From Azolla caroliniana (taxonomy: Eukaryota > Plantae > Polypodiophyta), in the NCBI GenBank assembly GCA_043228905.1, contig JBHGNT010000021.1, positions 3,844,001-3,908,000 on the forward strand: 64,000 bases of DNA, given 5' to 3'. Both the position numbers and the translations under genes were made by a program. Under the pieces are notes generated by a model, which had not been told where the DNA came from, searched no databases, and was given only the letters and a program-made list of their open reading frames with translations. This document shows, piece after piece, positions 37,330 through 51,859 of the stretch (its first letter is position 1; each line of letters opens with the position of its first letter).

Positions 37330-40300
37330 TTACTTGCTTCCTTTGAAGAATCTAGCAAAGCTTCCTGCTGCCTCTTTTAGTTTGTTCCTCTTTTGTGCTA
37401 CATTATTGCTATTTTCAGCAACCTCTCCTGAGGTATCCGATGATGCACCATTTCCTGAGAGGCAGGAGTAGTCCCTTTGTTTCTGGAAGTTTACTGGAGC
37501 CTTTGAGCTAATAGTGAACCTGGAGCTTCCTCTGCCATCAGGCGAGGTTGGATTACTATTTGATAATGAGCTAATGCGAGTTCTCATTGTCAAAGCACGA
37601 ATAAATTTTCGGCGACCACCTTCGCTTCTTTGCATGTCTGTATCGCAACTTCGCCTAGCATCATCGTTAGAGTCCATACATCCCTCCATTTTTCTATGCC
37701 TTGGCCTGCAAATTTTCGAAAGAACAAGTAATCTTCAATCCAGATCACCAGTAGTTGCAATCTAAGAGAAAAAAACAGGATGTTACATGCTAAAGCATGG
37801 GCAAAGGCATTGCCTTCCCACTTTACACACCATTCTTACATACACACATACACAAATGTATGTATGATAATAGATACCTCTACGTACAATATATATATAT
37901 ATATATTTAAATGCATAGATACATAGTGTGTACACATATACTTAGTCGTAGTCTGTAGATATGCTGTGACAAATGCTCAGTTTACTAAGAGATAAATCAA
38001 TTGATGGTGGAATATAAGATTATTTATAATTTCCATTAATAGCTTTAGGTTAAAGTAGTAAATTACAACAATGTTTACAGCCTTTGAAGTCAAGTCATAA
38101 TCTCAAAACCTAGCAAGTCCGTTATTAGTTCAGATATATTTCACATGTTTGTTCATCACGGTTTTATCCTATTGAAGAGCATGCAAACTGATTCCATATT
38201 AAAACTTGCATATATGTTAAAAGGATTACAGGCATCCTACCTCGGCTTCCTGGACAAGGCAGCTGATGCATTGGTCTCCAAGGCAAGAGCCTCAAAAACG
38301 TTCTCCCCATCACTGTATGAAGTGTCGATGCCTCGCGTAATACCATCATGATTCCTTCGTGGCCAATAGGATGTGCTCTCATCGAGGAAACCTCTCTCTT
38401 CCTTCAAGGAAGAACTGAATGATCCGTGTGGGATTGCTAGAGGACAGTCGGAGCAATTTGGCCGCATAGATTCCAAATGATCTAATGTAGTATCATTAGT
38501 TGGGCAGAGGCAGTTCGTACACATAACCCTTCCTTGGGTCGGATGATGGTGGACGTAAGTGTGAAAACCAGGCTCTTCTTCTGATAGCGACAGAGAGGCC
38601 AAGCTTATTACCACTTCTACTGGAAACCCAAGCACCGATTCAAACAAATTTGCTATGCTTTTCTGTGACCGTTCACACTTAGATTTATGTTCGGGGTGGT
38701 TGACTTCCAAATGGATGACAGCATCGGCTGCAGGACAATAGCTAGAAACATGTTGATTCCTTTCCTAAGACCAGGAAGTACACTACATAAAGAAGATTAT
38801 AAAAAAAAAGTGTGTGAATGTAGAGATACCTTCGGTCATCGAGATTGAGATAAGCTTCCCATGTGTATGTAACAACTGCCTTAATGTAAGAGGCCAGCAT
38901 CTCTGTATCACTTGATGCCATATATCATCCAGCTTTGAGGTGGTTAAGATATGTACAGGATCATTTGAATAATGTCGTCTCCTTTCCGGCATTTGTGACT
39001 GTGTATGGCTTTCAAAGGATTGATAAGGTGGGGCTTCCTTTTGCTCCTCCTTCGATGTGTAAGGAGGTTCTGAGCTTTTTTTGGGACCATTATTTGTATT
39101 TTCTTCCCATGTTCGTCTACCAGATGAAACACACTCAAAATCAGCCACTTCATTATCATCGAGCGCAACAGGGCTTTGCGTGACACTTGTCCCTGTGCAA
39201 GAAGCTGGGAAAGGGATGGAAGATCGAAAATCAGGTCCAAGTTGTAGCAATGCTGCGGTTAACCACGTGGTTCTATCATTGGAAACCCTTAGTTGTTTCT
39301 CAGCCTCGGAAAGAGTTTTCATTGCGTGCCTCAGCCATTCGAGCTTCTTATCTGAAACTGTTCTCAAAAGCAATAAAAGTGATGATAATATTCAATTGCA
39401 CTTGCCCTTATGAAAGCTCAAATACATATGTACAAGTTGAATTACATGTAAGATGGTTCTTACGAGATTCTTTCCTGAAGAAACCTTTTCTTTGTTTTTC
39501 GGTGAATCTAAAACTTCCTGAAAGAATTTCTGTGATTAAGGTTGCAAGTCTCGACATCAAAGACAGTGGTTCCACACCTGAATCTACCAACTCTCTGACT
39601 CTTCGTACTGTGCTAACAGTGTCAGCCCGAAGAGCACAATCCAGCAAGTTTAGCATTCTCTCATCTGAGGCAGAACCAACCTTTGAAAAAAAAACATACA
39701 AATCCCACCATCAATTTTATTGATGATTAACATTAAGCATATAACAGAGCTTTTAACCACCAATGGGCATGGATAGAGATTGTGTGGTACCACCATGGCA
39801 CCGATAATTCGATCTGTTTTTTTAGTTCAAAAACTTGACCCAAGTAAAGTGAATTCAGTTTAAGGAGTTACCAGTTCATAGACGCTTGAAGTATCAATCT
39901 GCTCACCGAGCAAGCTGAGTTGGTCCAGAGTCATTTCAGCATCTCGGAGAGAGCCCTCAGACCGTGAAGCGATCAGCTGTAAGGTATCAGTATCCACCTC
40001 AAGATTCTCCATGCCAGCCAGTTCATGGAGTCTCTTGACGATGTCAGATTCTTTGATTTTAGGGAAGGGAAACTTCTGACACCTTGATAACGCAGTCCTT
40101 GGTAGTCGGTCGGGGTCAGTCGTGATGAGAATAAAGACCACATTTGTGGGAGGCTCCTCGAGTGTCTTTAAGAGTGCATTCCATGTCTCTGATGTGAGAG
40201 CATGGCATTCATCGATAATAAAGACTTTGTAACGCGATAGAGAAGCAGAGGAAATAGTTCCCTCTAGGAGGGCCTTCACTTTTTCGATCCCATTGTTGCT

Positions 40301-42205
40301 AGCAGCATCCACTTCCTTGACTTCAGATGATTTCCCCATAGCTACACCCATGCATTCCCGGCATGTGCCACATGGCCTCTTCCCGTTGGCCGATGCACAA
40401 ACTAGAGCTGCGGCAAAAATCCTGGCAGCCGATGTTTTTCCCGTACCACGTGAACCTTGGAAAAGGTATACAGGGGCAATCTTCCCTTTGAGAATGGCGT
40501 TGGAGAGCGCCTGCATTACAATTCTCTGACCCACTACTTCTTCAAAGCCTTTGGGCCGGTATTTCTGGCTCAAATTCCGTGGCTTGTAATCACATAGAGC
40601 AAGTTCTTTGCATTCCGGCATGGCCGCGAGCTGAAGTGTTTTTTCTTTCTCCATTACTTTGACTATCGTTCCAGTATTCTCCCCTGCAACGGAGGCGTTA
40701 TGCTCTAGTTTCTTCCCATTTCCATCACCGTCATCTATTGATGAGGCTTCACCAGACTGACCACAAACTTCTAATTCATTATCATGTGAAGGGAGTGGCC
40801 CAGCTTCTGAATTAGGTCTTTTAACTTGAGAGAATCCTCTGGGTGCAATAGGCTTTTGAATTGAACCAGATCCGCCTTTTCTTCTAGTTGCCTTCTCAAG
40901 GTGAGGGGACACTACAACTTCTTGCCCTGCATAATGATACTTTGGAGGCACATTAGGGTTGGAAAATATGATATATGATTTTTCACTTTCCTTAGGAGCC
41001 ATCTGATCGCGGTACTCCGGAAAGCCTTGTCTCAATTGTCTGGACGTGGAACTGCTTCTGCTTCCTTCAGAGTTGATATTACGGCGATAAGACTTCATAC
41101 TCACACTTTTCTCTTTACTCGATTTCTTTTTCTCCGGCTGCATGAGAGGAGGATACCTTGATGTCATTCTCTGCAATGAGGCCATGCTATCACCATGATT
41201 CCCTTGTTCCAAGTATTGCTCATCCTCATAGTGCTCCTCGAGAGTAAAGAACGATTTTGACTGACTGAACTTCCGCAGATCGTCATGAGGGTTCAAAGCC
41301 AGTGGAGAGAGTATTTGGGCAGTTTCTCTGCTCAATTTGCCAACCCTTGTTGGCACACCTTGTTCACCTGAAGCTCTTAACCTCTCTAGTTCATGATTGA
41401 TTTCACGGCCCTCAAATTCGTGATAAGGCGGAAAGTGTTGACGAGGCCGGCAAGTGATATAATCCTCTTCCTTAGCAAATTCCACCCAATTTCTCATGTT
41501 AGCCATAGATGTCTTTCCCTCGAAGCTTTCTGCAGTACCCATGAACCTCCCTTCTGGATCTTCATAGTCATTTTCCTCAACATCCTCATCCTCAGCATTG
41601 TCAATATCATCTGTATCAGTTGAGCACGATGATGATGATGATGATGATGAAGCAGTCGGCCTCCAGTTGTGTAGAATCGACTTCCCACCCACAATGTGTC
41701 TACTCTTGGCACTTAGGTTCCCGAGCTTTGACTCGAGGTGATCTTTGAAGTTATTATAGGTTTGATCTCTGAGAGAGCTGTGGGGGCCAGATTCCATGCC
41801 CATCATAAAGGAGGACTCTGCACCCATGTCCCGGCTACCGATCAGCTCTCGAGGGCCGACATTCCGGACTCGTGGAGGAGGAGAAGATCTCATGAGGGGG
41901 GAATAATCTTTCCTTGCATGGTCCTCTCTAAGGGTAGTAGTAATTTGGCCTCTTGGTGATGATCTGGGCTCAGCTTTCCTCATAACTTGGGTATCTCCAT
42001 GCTCACCTTGGCATGGATTAGGAGCCTCCTCTACTACCCATGATTGTTTATCCCTAATTCGGCCACACACACCACCACCACCCTTTGATTTCTTCAGAGT
42101 CGAGACCGAGGCCGATGCCGGCTCCTCGGGCATGAGAGGGAGCTCCCCAGGTTGCCCTACTTCTACCATGTTCATTGATTGCTTGTAAGAAGACCACATG
42201 ACCAT
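37330..42205 (-). CDS. STI: STICHEL-like protein (DNA polymerase III gamma/tau-like AAA+ ATPase). Exons 42205-39872, 39680-39464, 39357-38830, 38727-38242, 37705-37330.
   Basis: LSQKYRPKGFEEVVGQ, Walker A GSRGTGKT, zinc module C...PCGTCREC, Walker B IIDECH, NALLKTLEEPP, SRCQ, GSLRDA, and plant STI motifs ADTVSTVRRVREL and LSEAEKQLRVSNDRTTWLTAALLQL. GT-AG introns keep frame. Confidence 0.92.
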
Positions 42206-45200
42206 ATGTGGATCACAATGTGTTATATAAAGTAGTGAAACAGAGGCATCATCATTACATCAATATGTACTTAACAAGCCAAGCATATACATATGTATGA
42301 GATCAATGGGTCTATGTAGAGTGCAAAAAGCTTTTCCCACACATACACATGCATACTAGAATATGTAGAGTGCTGATATTACACACACACACATATAGAT
42401 TCATATAAGTAGTGTAGTGTGCATACATGCATTTGCATATCACATATCAATATACATCTATGTTTACTACACTCATATTCATGCTCACTTGCATTCGTAT
42501 GTATTTACGTATGCACATACACGTAAGTCTTGTACCGCATTCCACACATCAAAGTACAAGATTTCATCAATCGTACCTCCTAGTTATATAGGAACATGCA
42601 AGGGATTAAGACAAGCTATGATTAGGACCCATGAAAGCTGGATCCATCACCAAACTTGTCTTTCTCTTCATCTTTAGGTGCTATTCTTTAAGCCATTAGT
42701 GCATAAATGAAGATGAGATAGGGACCCTCCACTAACTTTAGAGATACCTCCTTGAATGCCTCCAATGATACTCGATGTTTGAGCCACCCTAGCCTTAACT
42801 TTATTTATCCAAGGTTTTTGTTCACATAAAGAGGGGGACAAAAAATTATTCGGATAGGGTATGACATTGAGGTGGCAAACGCTAATTTATCCGAGAAAAT
42901 ACACACATGTACCTCTAGCTTTTCAAGGTATATATAATTGGACCAACAAGTGTGAGATGATAAAACTATTTTGTTTCTCAAATTTTGTAGATGGTGCATT
43001 ATTGGTACAAAATTGTCATGCAAATTTTGATATAGTTGCTCAATGAAATATTTCCATGCTTGAATTTAACCTTCATTATTATCTCCCAAATTTTAGCACA
43101 ACTTGCTAATCCTTTGTGAATCAAGCTTAACACAATGCATGCTAAAATCTTGTAAAGATGTTGACATGGTGATATGAGACATTATTAATAAAAAACAAAA
43201 TTTCAATGGATTGCATGCTCTAATGGATAATCTCTTGTTAAGGTCACACAAGTTTAGAGGTAGAAGAAATGCTTGGTGTTTATCGAATATGATGATGATA
43301 TTACAATATATTAGTTGAGACACGAAGGGATCTAATTTGCCTACGACAGATGGTAGGAAACTTTGGAAGAAAAGGAGCTTTATAGTAGGGACAATTCAAG
43401 GTTTGATCAATATGTTCCAACCCAATTGTGTAACCATTTCTCTTGCAATGAACTTTACCATCCATCACTTGTTTGTAAGGATTGGCATTATCTCTTCATA
43501 CTTCAGTTTAGATGGGGAGAATACACATAATCATACATAATATTATATTAACTAGGCCAAAGATCATCTATGAGGTTTTCCCATACCATGGGCAAAAACT
43601 GGCATGCGTACACCTTGGAAAGTGGTCGTTCACCTTCATGGGAGACTAGGAAAATCACGTCAATGAAGGTTTTTAAGTAGTGGCGTATCATATTCCTTTC
43701 AGCATAGAATCCTATTCTTCGATGGGTTGTCCATAACATTAAAAAGATATGGGTTTCCCACCTAAAGGACGGTTTGTATTCATTCTCCAATTGTTTATAA
43801 ATATTCATTTCAAAGAACCTAAAGCAACATAGCATGACGTTAATAAAGTGTATCGTCGATTGTGAAACTACACCTACATTGTTTTTTATTCAGTCATTAG
43901 TCCCATTAGAGCTCTTCCTGATGTCTACAATAATCCAATAGTTTGAAGTATGTTGTGTCCTCTAGAAAAGGACATGATACTTAATTTACATTTCATTTAT
44001 TCGTATTGTTGTCTTGATTCCATGCATGGATGTAGGTGTCTTTTTCTAAAAGGAAACTTATGGTTCACAACCATAGACTTTATATGTTGTAGATAGACTT
44101 GATCAGCAATTGAGAATTTGGAAGCGTAGATTAAAAAGGGATTACTTGTCAAGATGCCCTACATTTGTTCCAATAAGCAAAAAACATTCGTCTATTTGTT
44201 GGTAGATATACCTCATGTGTGTATCTTAACTTTGTATTAACGATAATTAATTCATAAACATTTGTTGAACCTTTATTTGCTTATAGTGTGAATGATGAGA
44301 TTATATAATTATTGGTTCCAAGATTGGCAAATCATCAAGCCGGCACTCTTTTTTAATGATGGCCTAGTTGGGATTCAAACTCTAAACAATCCAAAACGTT
44401 GACAACCAACAATGTAGTGTGATAGGAATTTATGTGTTCACCAATAGTTCAGCACTACATAGTATATACACAATAGTTGAATCTATGGGATATAAAAATG
44501 TATGTTTTTGTTTTTGTTGCAAGACAGAAAGCAAAGTACATGTGAAGGATCAATTTTGGTCTTCAAACTTCAACCACAATCTCTTAATTGAGAACAAATG
44601 TATTAGGTGAACGCACATAAATGACAAGTAAATTATTCATCTTTTTGTAAGTTAAAAAAGGTTGTGTGATAAGATCAAAGACACATCAAACTCATTATTG
44701 TGATGTCTGTTAAAATCAACTTAATAAAGTCTTGGAATAAATTTTTATGCAGTGCCACCAAAAGATAACGAAGTTCATCTGTGCTCAAAGAAAAAAGAAA
44801 ACATATTTTTGTGGGAAAGTTAAAAAACTTTGTTTATGATAAGTTACAGAATCGCCAAATATATCATTTCTTTGGAAGGGTTTTGTTCCACATTTCTCAA
44901 AAAGCTAAGAAGTTTTTCTATCCTCATGTTTACAATTCAAAGGGGAATGTCAAAAAGCATGCTCAATGCCAAATACCTTTGAACCATGGAACTTTTCCAA
45001 CCATGGAACCAAATTTTAAGAAGTATATACCTTTGAAGAAAAAAAAAGAAAAAGAGAGATTGTAGAAGAAGCATGTATCAATAATAAACTTTCCTCTTAG
45101 CAGAGTCCATGGTTTTGTCCTCCTTAGGGAAATGTTGTTTTCTCGAGTCTTGCAACATTTTTGAAACTTATCCTTGATGCAAGAACTTGGTGTCGACAAG

Positions 45201-45861
45201 GGAAAATACCAAGGAATCGTCATTTGAGGGAATGAAAGTATCAAATGATTTAGTATGTATGCAACTTGTCCTTTTGAAATGACATTACTTTAGCAAAAAT
45301 ACATGATAAACATCAAGAAAAGACTCATTCTTATATCCCAAAGGAAAATTAAAACATTCAATGGATAAATCAATGACAAAGCACTACGCTACAATCTTGC
45401 ACAAAAATTATCCTCTTTTAATTGAATACGACAATCAAATAAGTTTGATGGTAGAAGCTATGCAACATTACAATTTGAGAATTTTGTTTTTTTCTTGGTC
45501 TAAGTTATCTATTGAAGTATTGACCAATACATGCATGCATGTGGGTGGGTGTGGGTGTCGACTAGATGTATGTATATATGTATTCTAGAAAATTATTTGT
45601 AACCCATGATATATACACAAACACTTAACACTAGCCAGTTTGCATCTAGAAACAATATGATTGATCACACAATCACTTGAATGTATTTGGATCCTAGCAT
45701 GTATAGAGAGATATGTGTTCGATAAACATATGTATATGCTAACTCACTTAATCCTTGTTGTGAAAAAGTTGTGATTTAGCCTTGCTTTAATCCTTGTTAT
45801 GATCGTGGACATATATTTCTAGAAGAAACAAAGTGGTGATACTAAATTGTTTTCGCTAGAT

Positions 45862-46215
45862 TGATTCCTATGTGTTTTGTGGCATTTTCTCGATACTTTC
45901 TCTTATTTCATGCGTATGAAAAGGAAAGTTGAGTGATTAGTTAAGAAAGTGCAAAACATTGTGTAGAAATGTTACCTCCATATTATCATGTCACCTGGGT
46001 TTTGTCCAACTCCTCTCTTCCACATGTCCGCTTTCGATAATGTATCAACCAAGATTCCTATGTACTTTATGGCATTTTCTCAATATTTCCTATTATTTCA
46101 TGCATGGAAAAGAAACTTAAATGGTTAGTTAAGAAAGTGCCAAACATTATGTAGCAATGTTATTTCCATATTATCTTGTCACCTGGGTTTTGTTCGCCTC
46201 CTATCTTCCACTTGT
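45862..46215. repeat. Tandem duplication of ~190 bp
   Basis: gattcctatgt...ggcattttctc...ttagttaagaaagtgc...gtcacctgggttttgt occurs at ~45862 and ~46053. Confidence 0.85.
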
Positions 46216-46397
46216 GCTCTTCGGATGATGCACCGAGTTTCAACCAAGGATTCCTACGTAATTAAGTGCTTGTGTATTAAAACATATAGTTCAAACATCA
46301 TATCACATCTCACACTGATGTAAATTTGGTTGTATTTGTTTTTTGGGTTCTCAAATTACGTTAACATTACGTGTCATGTCTCTTAAAACCCTTAAAC

Positions 46398-46690
46398 TAT
46401 GGAATATAGATATCCTAAATAAATTATAACTTTGAAGATTCAACATCACGTTACTCCTCTATGCAATGTACATGTGGGAGGGTTAGCTACATATGAAATT
46501 GGCAAGATATAACCCGATAAACAATCTTGTTTGCTTGTGCTTCATACAATTATCGAATATAGATAACCTAAATAAATTATGGAATATAGATATCCTAATA
46601 AATTAAAACTTTGAAGATTCAACATCACGTTACTCCTCTATGCAATGTCCATGTGCAGGTTAGCTACATATGAAACAGACAAGATATAGT
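46398..46690. repeat. Direct duplication of ~110 bp
   Basis: tatggaatatagatatcctaa...ctttgaagattcaacatcacgttactcctctatgcaatgt...gttagctacatatgaaa occurs at ~46398 and ~46578. Confidence 0.85.
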
Positions 46691-49600
46691 GCTTCATACC
46701 GACGTTATGATGCGGCAGATCAACGTCTCTCAAATGTCTTGCTTGAGATATGGGGGAACTTGCTAGCAATAGTCTGTGGCCAGTATGACAATATGCATGG
46801 TTCCCTAGAGACTTTGAACAAAAGAAGGAAGAAGCTTCTTCACTTATGGAAAAAGTTGCCCCTGTTTACAGAGTCAACTCAAGGGCCTCAATGGCGCTAT
46901 CAACTTCCATGGACCCTTTCTTGAATATCAGTAAATCATGGCAGTGTGCATCAGCAAATTCCAACACCTACAAAGTCCTATCTTTGGTCTTAGCTTTGTT
47001 CTTGGGATTATTGTACATCATTGTACATAAAAAGTTATAAGCTTTTGGGCAGACAAGCTCAAGTTGTAGGTTTCAGGTGTTTTTTCTTAATATTATTGAA
47101 GAAAATCTTTGAAGAAAAAATAAATTTATCGAATATAAAAGTTTTCTATTGTGTCTCCACATAGGATAATAGCAAAAAATCACAACAATATTGTTATGAC
47201 ACACGTTGAAAATTTAGGTTAGAGTTTCTTTATTTTACATCAAAATCCAGGAGAAATGTAGCACAAGTATGTTGTCGTACAAATAGGATGTCCAAGGCAA
47301 CTCAAGGTGACCATTACAAATTTGTGGTGGCTAATTTTCCATGGATTAAAGAATGTTCATCTATCAATGTGTCAACCACTCCACTCCTTAAAATGTGCAA
47401 TAACACTCCATCCTCTTTCATTCTACCAGAAATATGAATCCCTAAAACTATCATCTTTCCTTTATTCTTAATGAAAAGCTTGCATCATTTGCGTAGATCA
47501 ATCTTATGCCAATTGTTTTGTAAAATGAGAGATCACAACCAGTTATTGAGGAGCGATACAGTCTTCATGAATTCTCACCCCTCAACAGTTTTTCTTTTTC
47601 TTTTTTTTCAAAAAAAAATATTCTTGATTAGTAGAATTCTGCATACATGACGAAATGATTAAGCTAAAACATTATAATGGCTCTAGCCATGATGACCTAT
47701 GAAAACCATAAATAACATAGTCTAAGATTATTTCCACCTTGTCACCCATCATTTTTGTCGATAACTTCAAGGCACAAAGTTATTACCCTTGTTTGCATAG
47801 CATGTGATCAACGCATTCCATGGTGTGATATCTATCATAGACATGGTTTCAAAAACCTCTTTTTCCTTCAACCAAAGTGCCACATGTTGTTAGCTCTTAC
47901 CATTGTTAACAAACCCCTCAACACTCTAATTAGCTCTTACCATTGTTAACATAACTCTAGACTTCTAATGTCACCCTCGTTCATATAAAACTATAACAAT
48001 GTCGTTGTGAAACATAAATCATGGCGTGTCCAGTGTGATTTGTGTGACATACAAGATATGCCTCCACTAGCCCTAAACAAATATTTATTCATGATGAATA
48101 ATGCTAAAAACATATTCGATATCATCATATTGTGAAATGCACATAAAGGGACACCACAATATATGTATAGCAATGTTTGGAATAGTTTACATGTATTTCC
48201 TAGGAATATTTTACCTTGCATTTCTTAGGTTATTTGGATTATCAAGTTTTTGTCCATTACAAACTTATACATGGTTTGTGTTTAGAATTTGCCATTGATG
48301 CATGATTGTTTGCCCACATCAAGCACAAGTTGCACAAAGTTCCACAATCAATTAATCCAACAACTTTGTGTGATTAAAACATTTGAAAATGTTCAAAATT
48401 GTGATCATGTTGCATATGCATAGATCTCAAATGTAGACGTCGGGAAATTCACCTAAAACGTATAAGCCACATGTCAAATACATACATATTCTTTTGTACA
48501 TATATGAAAAAAGGCGTTTTGACATTGAAAGGGAACTTTTTTGAGGGGAAGGGAGGAGACAATGTAGTTCTTCGGCATTGCGCTATTAATGACTATTATA
48601 TCATTGTCGCTCTTTGTAAAAGGGCACCAATTTCACACATTGTGCTTCAATACATAATACCTTGTTTTTTTTCAATAGATGTAGCTATTCTTCGTGACAA
48701 ATGTACGTCGGCTGGAGTGATAGGCACCAAATAATGGTCTTGATGGATGTAACTTTCAAATCGCTATAATGAATGCATTGTATCAACGCTCTGTCCTTTA
48801 TTTGTAATTTTTTTTTTTGTGGGTAATCAATTGTGATTCGATATTGTCTTAATTCAAGGCTAGCAGCCCTCTTGTATGTTTATTTATTCAAGGTGCATGA
48901 TTTCATTAGTCAATCATTCCACTAGGTGCATATGTTCCATAACACATGCATGTTGCAAAGATGTATAAGGAGAAGGAATATGGCAACATAAGGGTGAGAC
49001 ACTAGGAAGAACCTACAAGCCATTATAGTTCTGAATACCAATCATCCTCAAATACGAGAAAAACATAAAATAGCAACATGGAGAGTATAGATTCATTGTA
49101 TCGTGTAAAATCTTATGCAACAATGGATGATCAAATCATACAGAACAAAAAAAGGAATATTCTATTTCTTCATTTTTCTAAATGAAATATCTTGTGAATG
49201 TAATAATAAATTGTAAACATATGCCTTGTTGGAATCACTTTGCCCACATTGGAAGTCAATTTCCTTGCAACATATGCAATCCCCTACAATATCCCAATGT
49301 GTGAAATAAAATTGCACAAGTTGTTTAGTTTGTTAACATGGGGAATACATCATAAGGCCACATGACTAGTCACTAGAAGTTTTTGGTAGAAAATTGTCTT
49401 GAGGAAGATGGACTCTATCAAATCATGATATCATGAGGTTTTCATGGTCTAAATTATATAAGGAAGCAAGCAATAACATTTGGGATGATATCATGATATG
49501 TAAAAAAATCACATGATGGAAGTTATGTTGCCCAATGAATGGAATCCATATTTTTGAGATTAAACTTGTGGCACAACACGTAGAGGCTAAAGAGTGTAAT

Positions 49601-49859
49601 AAAGTATTATTATCCTACCAAGAAGTTTAATGTGTCATTCAACCACAACTAGAGTAACAAGCATGGTTTTAAGGACTTCAAGTCAATCCGTTGTCAAATA
49701 AACACGCATATGTGTGCTACTCGAGTAGAATTGTAGGAAACTTGAATCGAGGAAGATGTGACGTCGTTGGAGAGGTACTTGGAGTTACTTGCCCCTCTTT
49801 GTGGGCTTGGTGACCCTTTTATAAACTCGCTTTCATGCAATTGTTTTGTAGATTGCTTT

Positions 49860-50101
49860 TGTGGAACGGCCTTAATGCAATCTCTTTGCAAATGGGTCTA
49901 GTGGAATGGCCTTGTGCAATTCCTTCGTGGATTGCATTTGTAGAATGGCCTTCATTCATTCCCTTCATGCATTCCAAGGGGGTCCTATGGAATCAAAGCA
50001 GGTGATCCAGGATTCAATGGATTCTTTGGATAGGCACTCATGGATTTAAAAAGCCGCACAACACCATTACACAATGAGATTAGCTAAGATTAATATTTAC
50101 A
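49860..50101. mobile_element. Partial LTR-like repeat, same family as 62370-62677
   Basis: Shared ccttcatg(c/t)attccaagggg...gaatcaaag...taggcactcatg...aaaagcc...caccatta...aatgagatta...attaatatt(t/a)aca terminus ending in CA. Confidence 0.6.
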
Positions 50102-50114
50102 ATGGTTTGAGATT

Positions 50115-51343
50115 AATTGTAGGCATTTCAAAGTAAGTTGGTGGAACACCTTAATTGGGATCCCGCTGATTATGCATGGCGGTTGGTTGGAAGGTCCTTG
50201 ACAAATGAAAAAGAACGTAGGACTCTCCCTTTTTTCCAGTATTTTGTGGCCTATGGGAGACACTTCCTGTTCCAATGGCATTGCATAAGTCTTGTTGCAC
50301 AAAAGCATTGGGAGTCAAGTGCAATATCGCCTCAATATCTGGCGGCTTATTGGAAACGTTTATGGGCTCTACCATGTCTATGGAGAGCCATTTCTTTTAA
50401 GTGGTTATTACTTCATTATGCTTTACTTATAGGTTTTCATCTAAAAGGACAGGTTGATGATCGTCATTGTGTGTTATCTGTATAGGTGTACGGGATGGAT
50501 AAGGTGTAATGTGTATGGTGTGTAAAGTCTAAGGTGTGTAATATGTAATATGTATACGAATGGGTGAGAATGAGCATGTGTGAGCACATGCACAATTATG
50601 TGCATGTGACAAGAATGTAACAGTCGTCTTTTTGTAACGGTCATTATGTACTATAAAAACCCCTTATGGGGCACATAAGGAATATACATTTTTCCCCTCT
50701 CACATTTGACATGTCATTTTGTATTTTCATTTTCCTTCTCTCTCTCTCTCTCTCTCTATCATAACCCCCTTGGGAGGGGGTAAAGCCATTATAGGCTTCA
50801 CCCCCTACCCCAACAACAATGTGTGTTGCCAATTACAAGAGGAGACTTTGAAACATTTGTTCTGGAAGTCTTGTATTGCAACTCAAAATTATTGGGGAAG
50901 AATATTGAGGATGTTTTCGTGTAAATATAGAGGAGCAATTTTTACATGGGGGGTTGTTTTTTTTGGGTCTTTAGATCTGCAGGTATCCATGTACAAAGGG
51001 GAACAAGGTGCGGAAGCACTGTGTGTATCGAAGAATAGAATTGAAGCGATTTTCCCGAACATTGCGGGTGGTAAATATTTTAAAAAGTCTTTTGTTTGGA
51101 ATATTGTTTCAATTAATGCTTTATGGGTGTGGTGGAAGTGTCGGTGCAACAAGAAATATGAAGGTATCGAGTATAATGTGGTGGATATGATAAAGATGTT
51201 CTGGGACAACTTGATACACACAGTTAAGGGAGAGTATGATAATATCCGAGGAACAACATAAAAGGTGCAGAAGAAAAGAAGGAAAATTCGCCAAATATGG
51301 TGGCCCCACGATGGTTGTTTCCTCCGCCTAGTCCTTTCTTATT
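50115..51343 (+). mobile_element. 3' fragment of an L1-type LINE ORF2, an inverted relative of 54420-55355
   Basis: VEHLNWDP...FKWLLLHYAL...CCQLQEETLKHLFW...WLFPPP, closely matching the ORF at 54417-55475. Confidence 0.9.
50476..50819 (+). mobile_element. ~345-bp SINE-like or 5'-truncated LINE insert with a (CAA)n tail
   Basis: Interrupts the LINE at codons C-V-C-C. It is flanked by duplicated tgtgtgtt (50468-50475, 50820-50827) and ends ccccaacaacaa after a GC-rich hairpin. Confidence 0.7.
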
Positions 51344-51859
51344 TTATTCTTAAGTTGGGATGAAATATACTTTCTTCACATGAGAAGATAACTTTTTGAA
51401 TTTTTTTGTGTTTGAAAAGGACGTTGATATGTTGGGGTTCATCGGCGATAGCAAGATGATTGATGTGGAGTGAAGGAAGTTCATTTTCTGTTTTTGTCAA
51501 GATGAGTGATGATGTTTTTTTTTTTTCCAAAAAAGAATATCCTTCCATTAGATAAGAAAACCAAATTTGCTACAACATACAAAGTATGTGGAAAGAAAGC
51601 TAAGATACTTCCTAAACCCCTCTTGTAAAATTCAATGGGCAGCCATAGATCCTTCCCTAAAGAGGCTAAGGAGATGGATCTATATACATCCCAACTTACA
51701 ACAAAGAACAACCAACAAAGGGGGGGAAACTGCTAGATCATCTTACAATCTACTCATCGAAAAACTGGAATACAACTTCAAAGCTTCTGAAAAGAAATTT
51801 GTAATAACAATCTAGAATCCATATGTGTAGCAATACTATCATATTTGTCTTTTATCCAA

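Noticed and set aside
39872-40580. Bacterial dnaX via contamination or recent horizontal transfer
   Set aside because: It lies within a spliced gene carrying plant STICHEL-specific motifs.
46720-46970. Possible minus-strand exon (tag|VLEFADAHCHDLL...)
   Set aside because: Contains an in-frame stop, has no recognisable domain and no partner exons. It could be a pseudogene fragment but this cannot be supported.
42300-49500. Numerous 60-95 aa ORFs upstream of the STI-like gene
   Set aside because: AT-rich intergenic sequence with no motifs or consistent splice structure.
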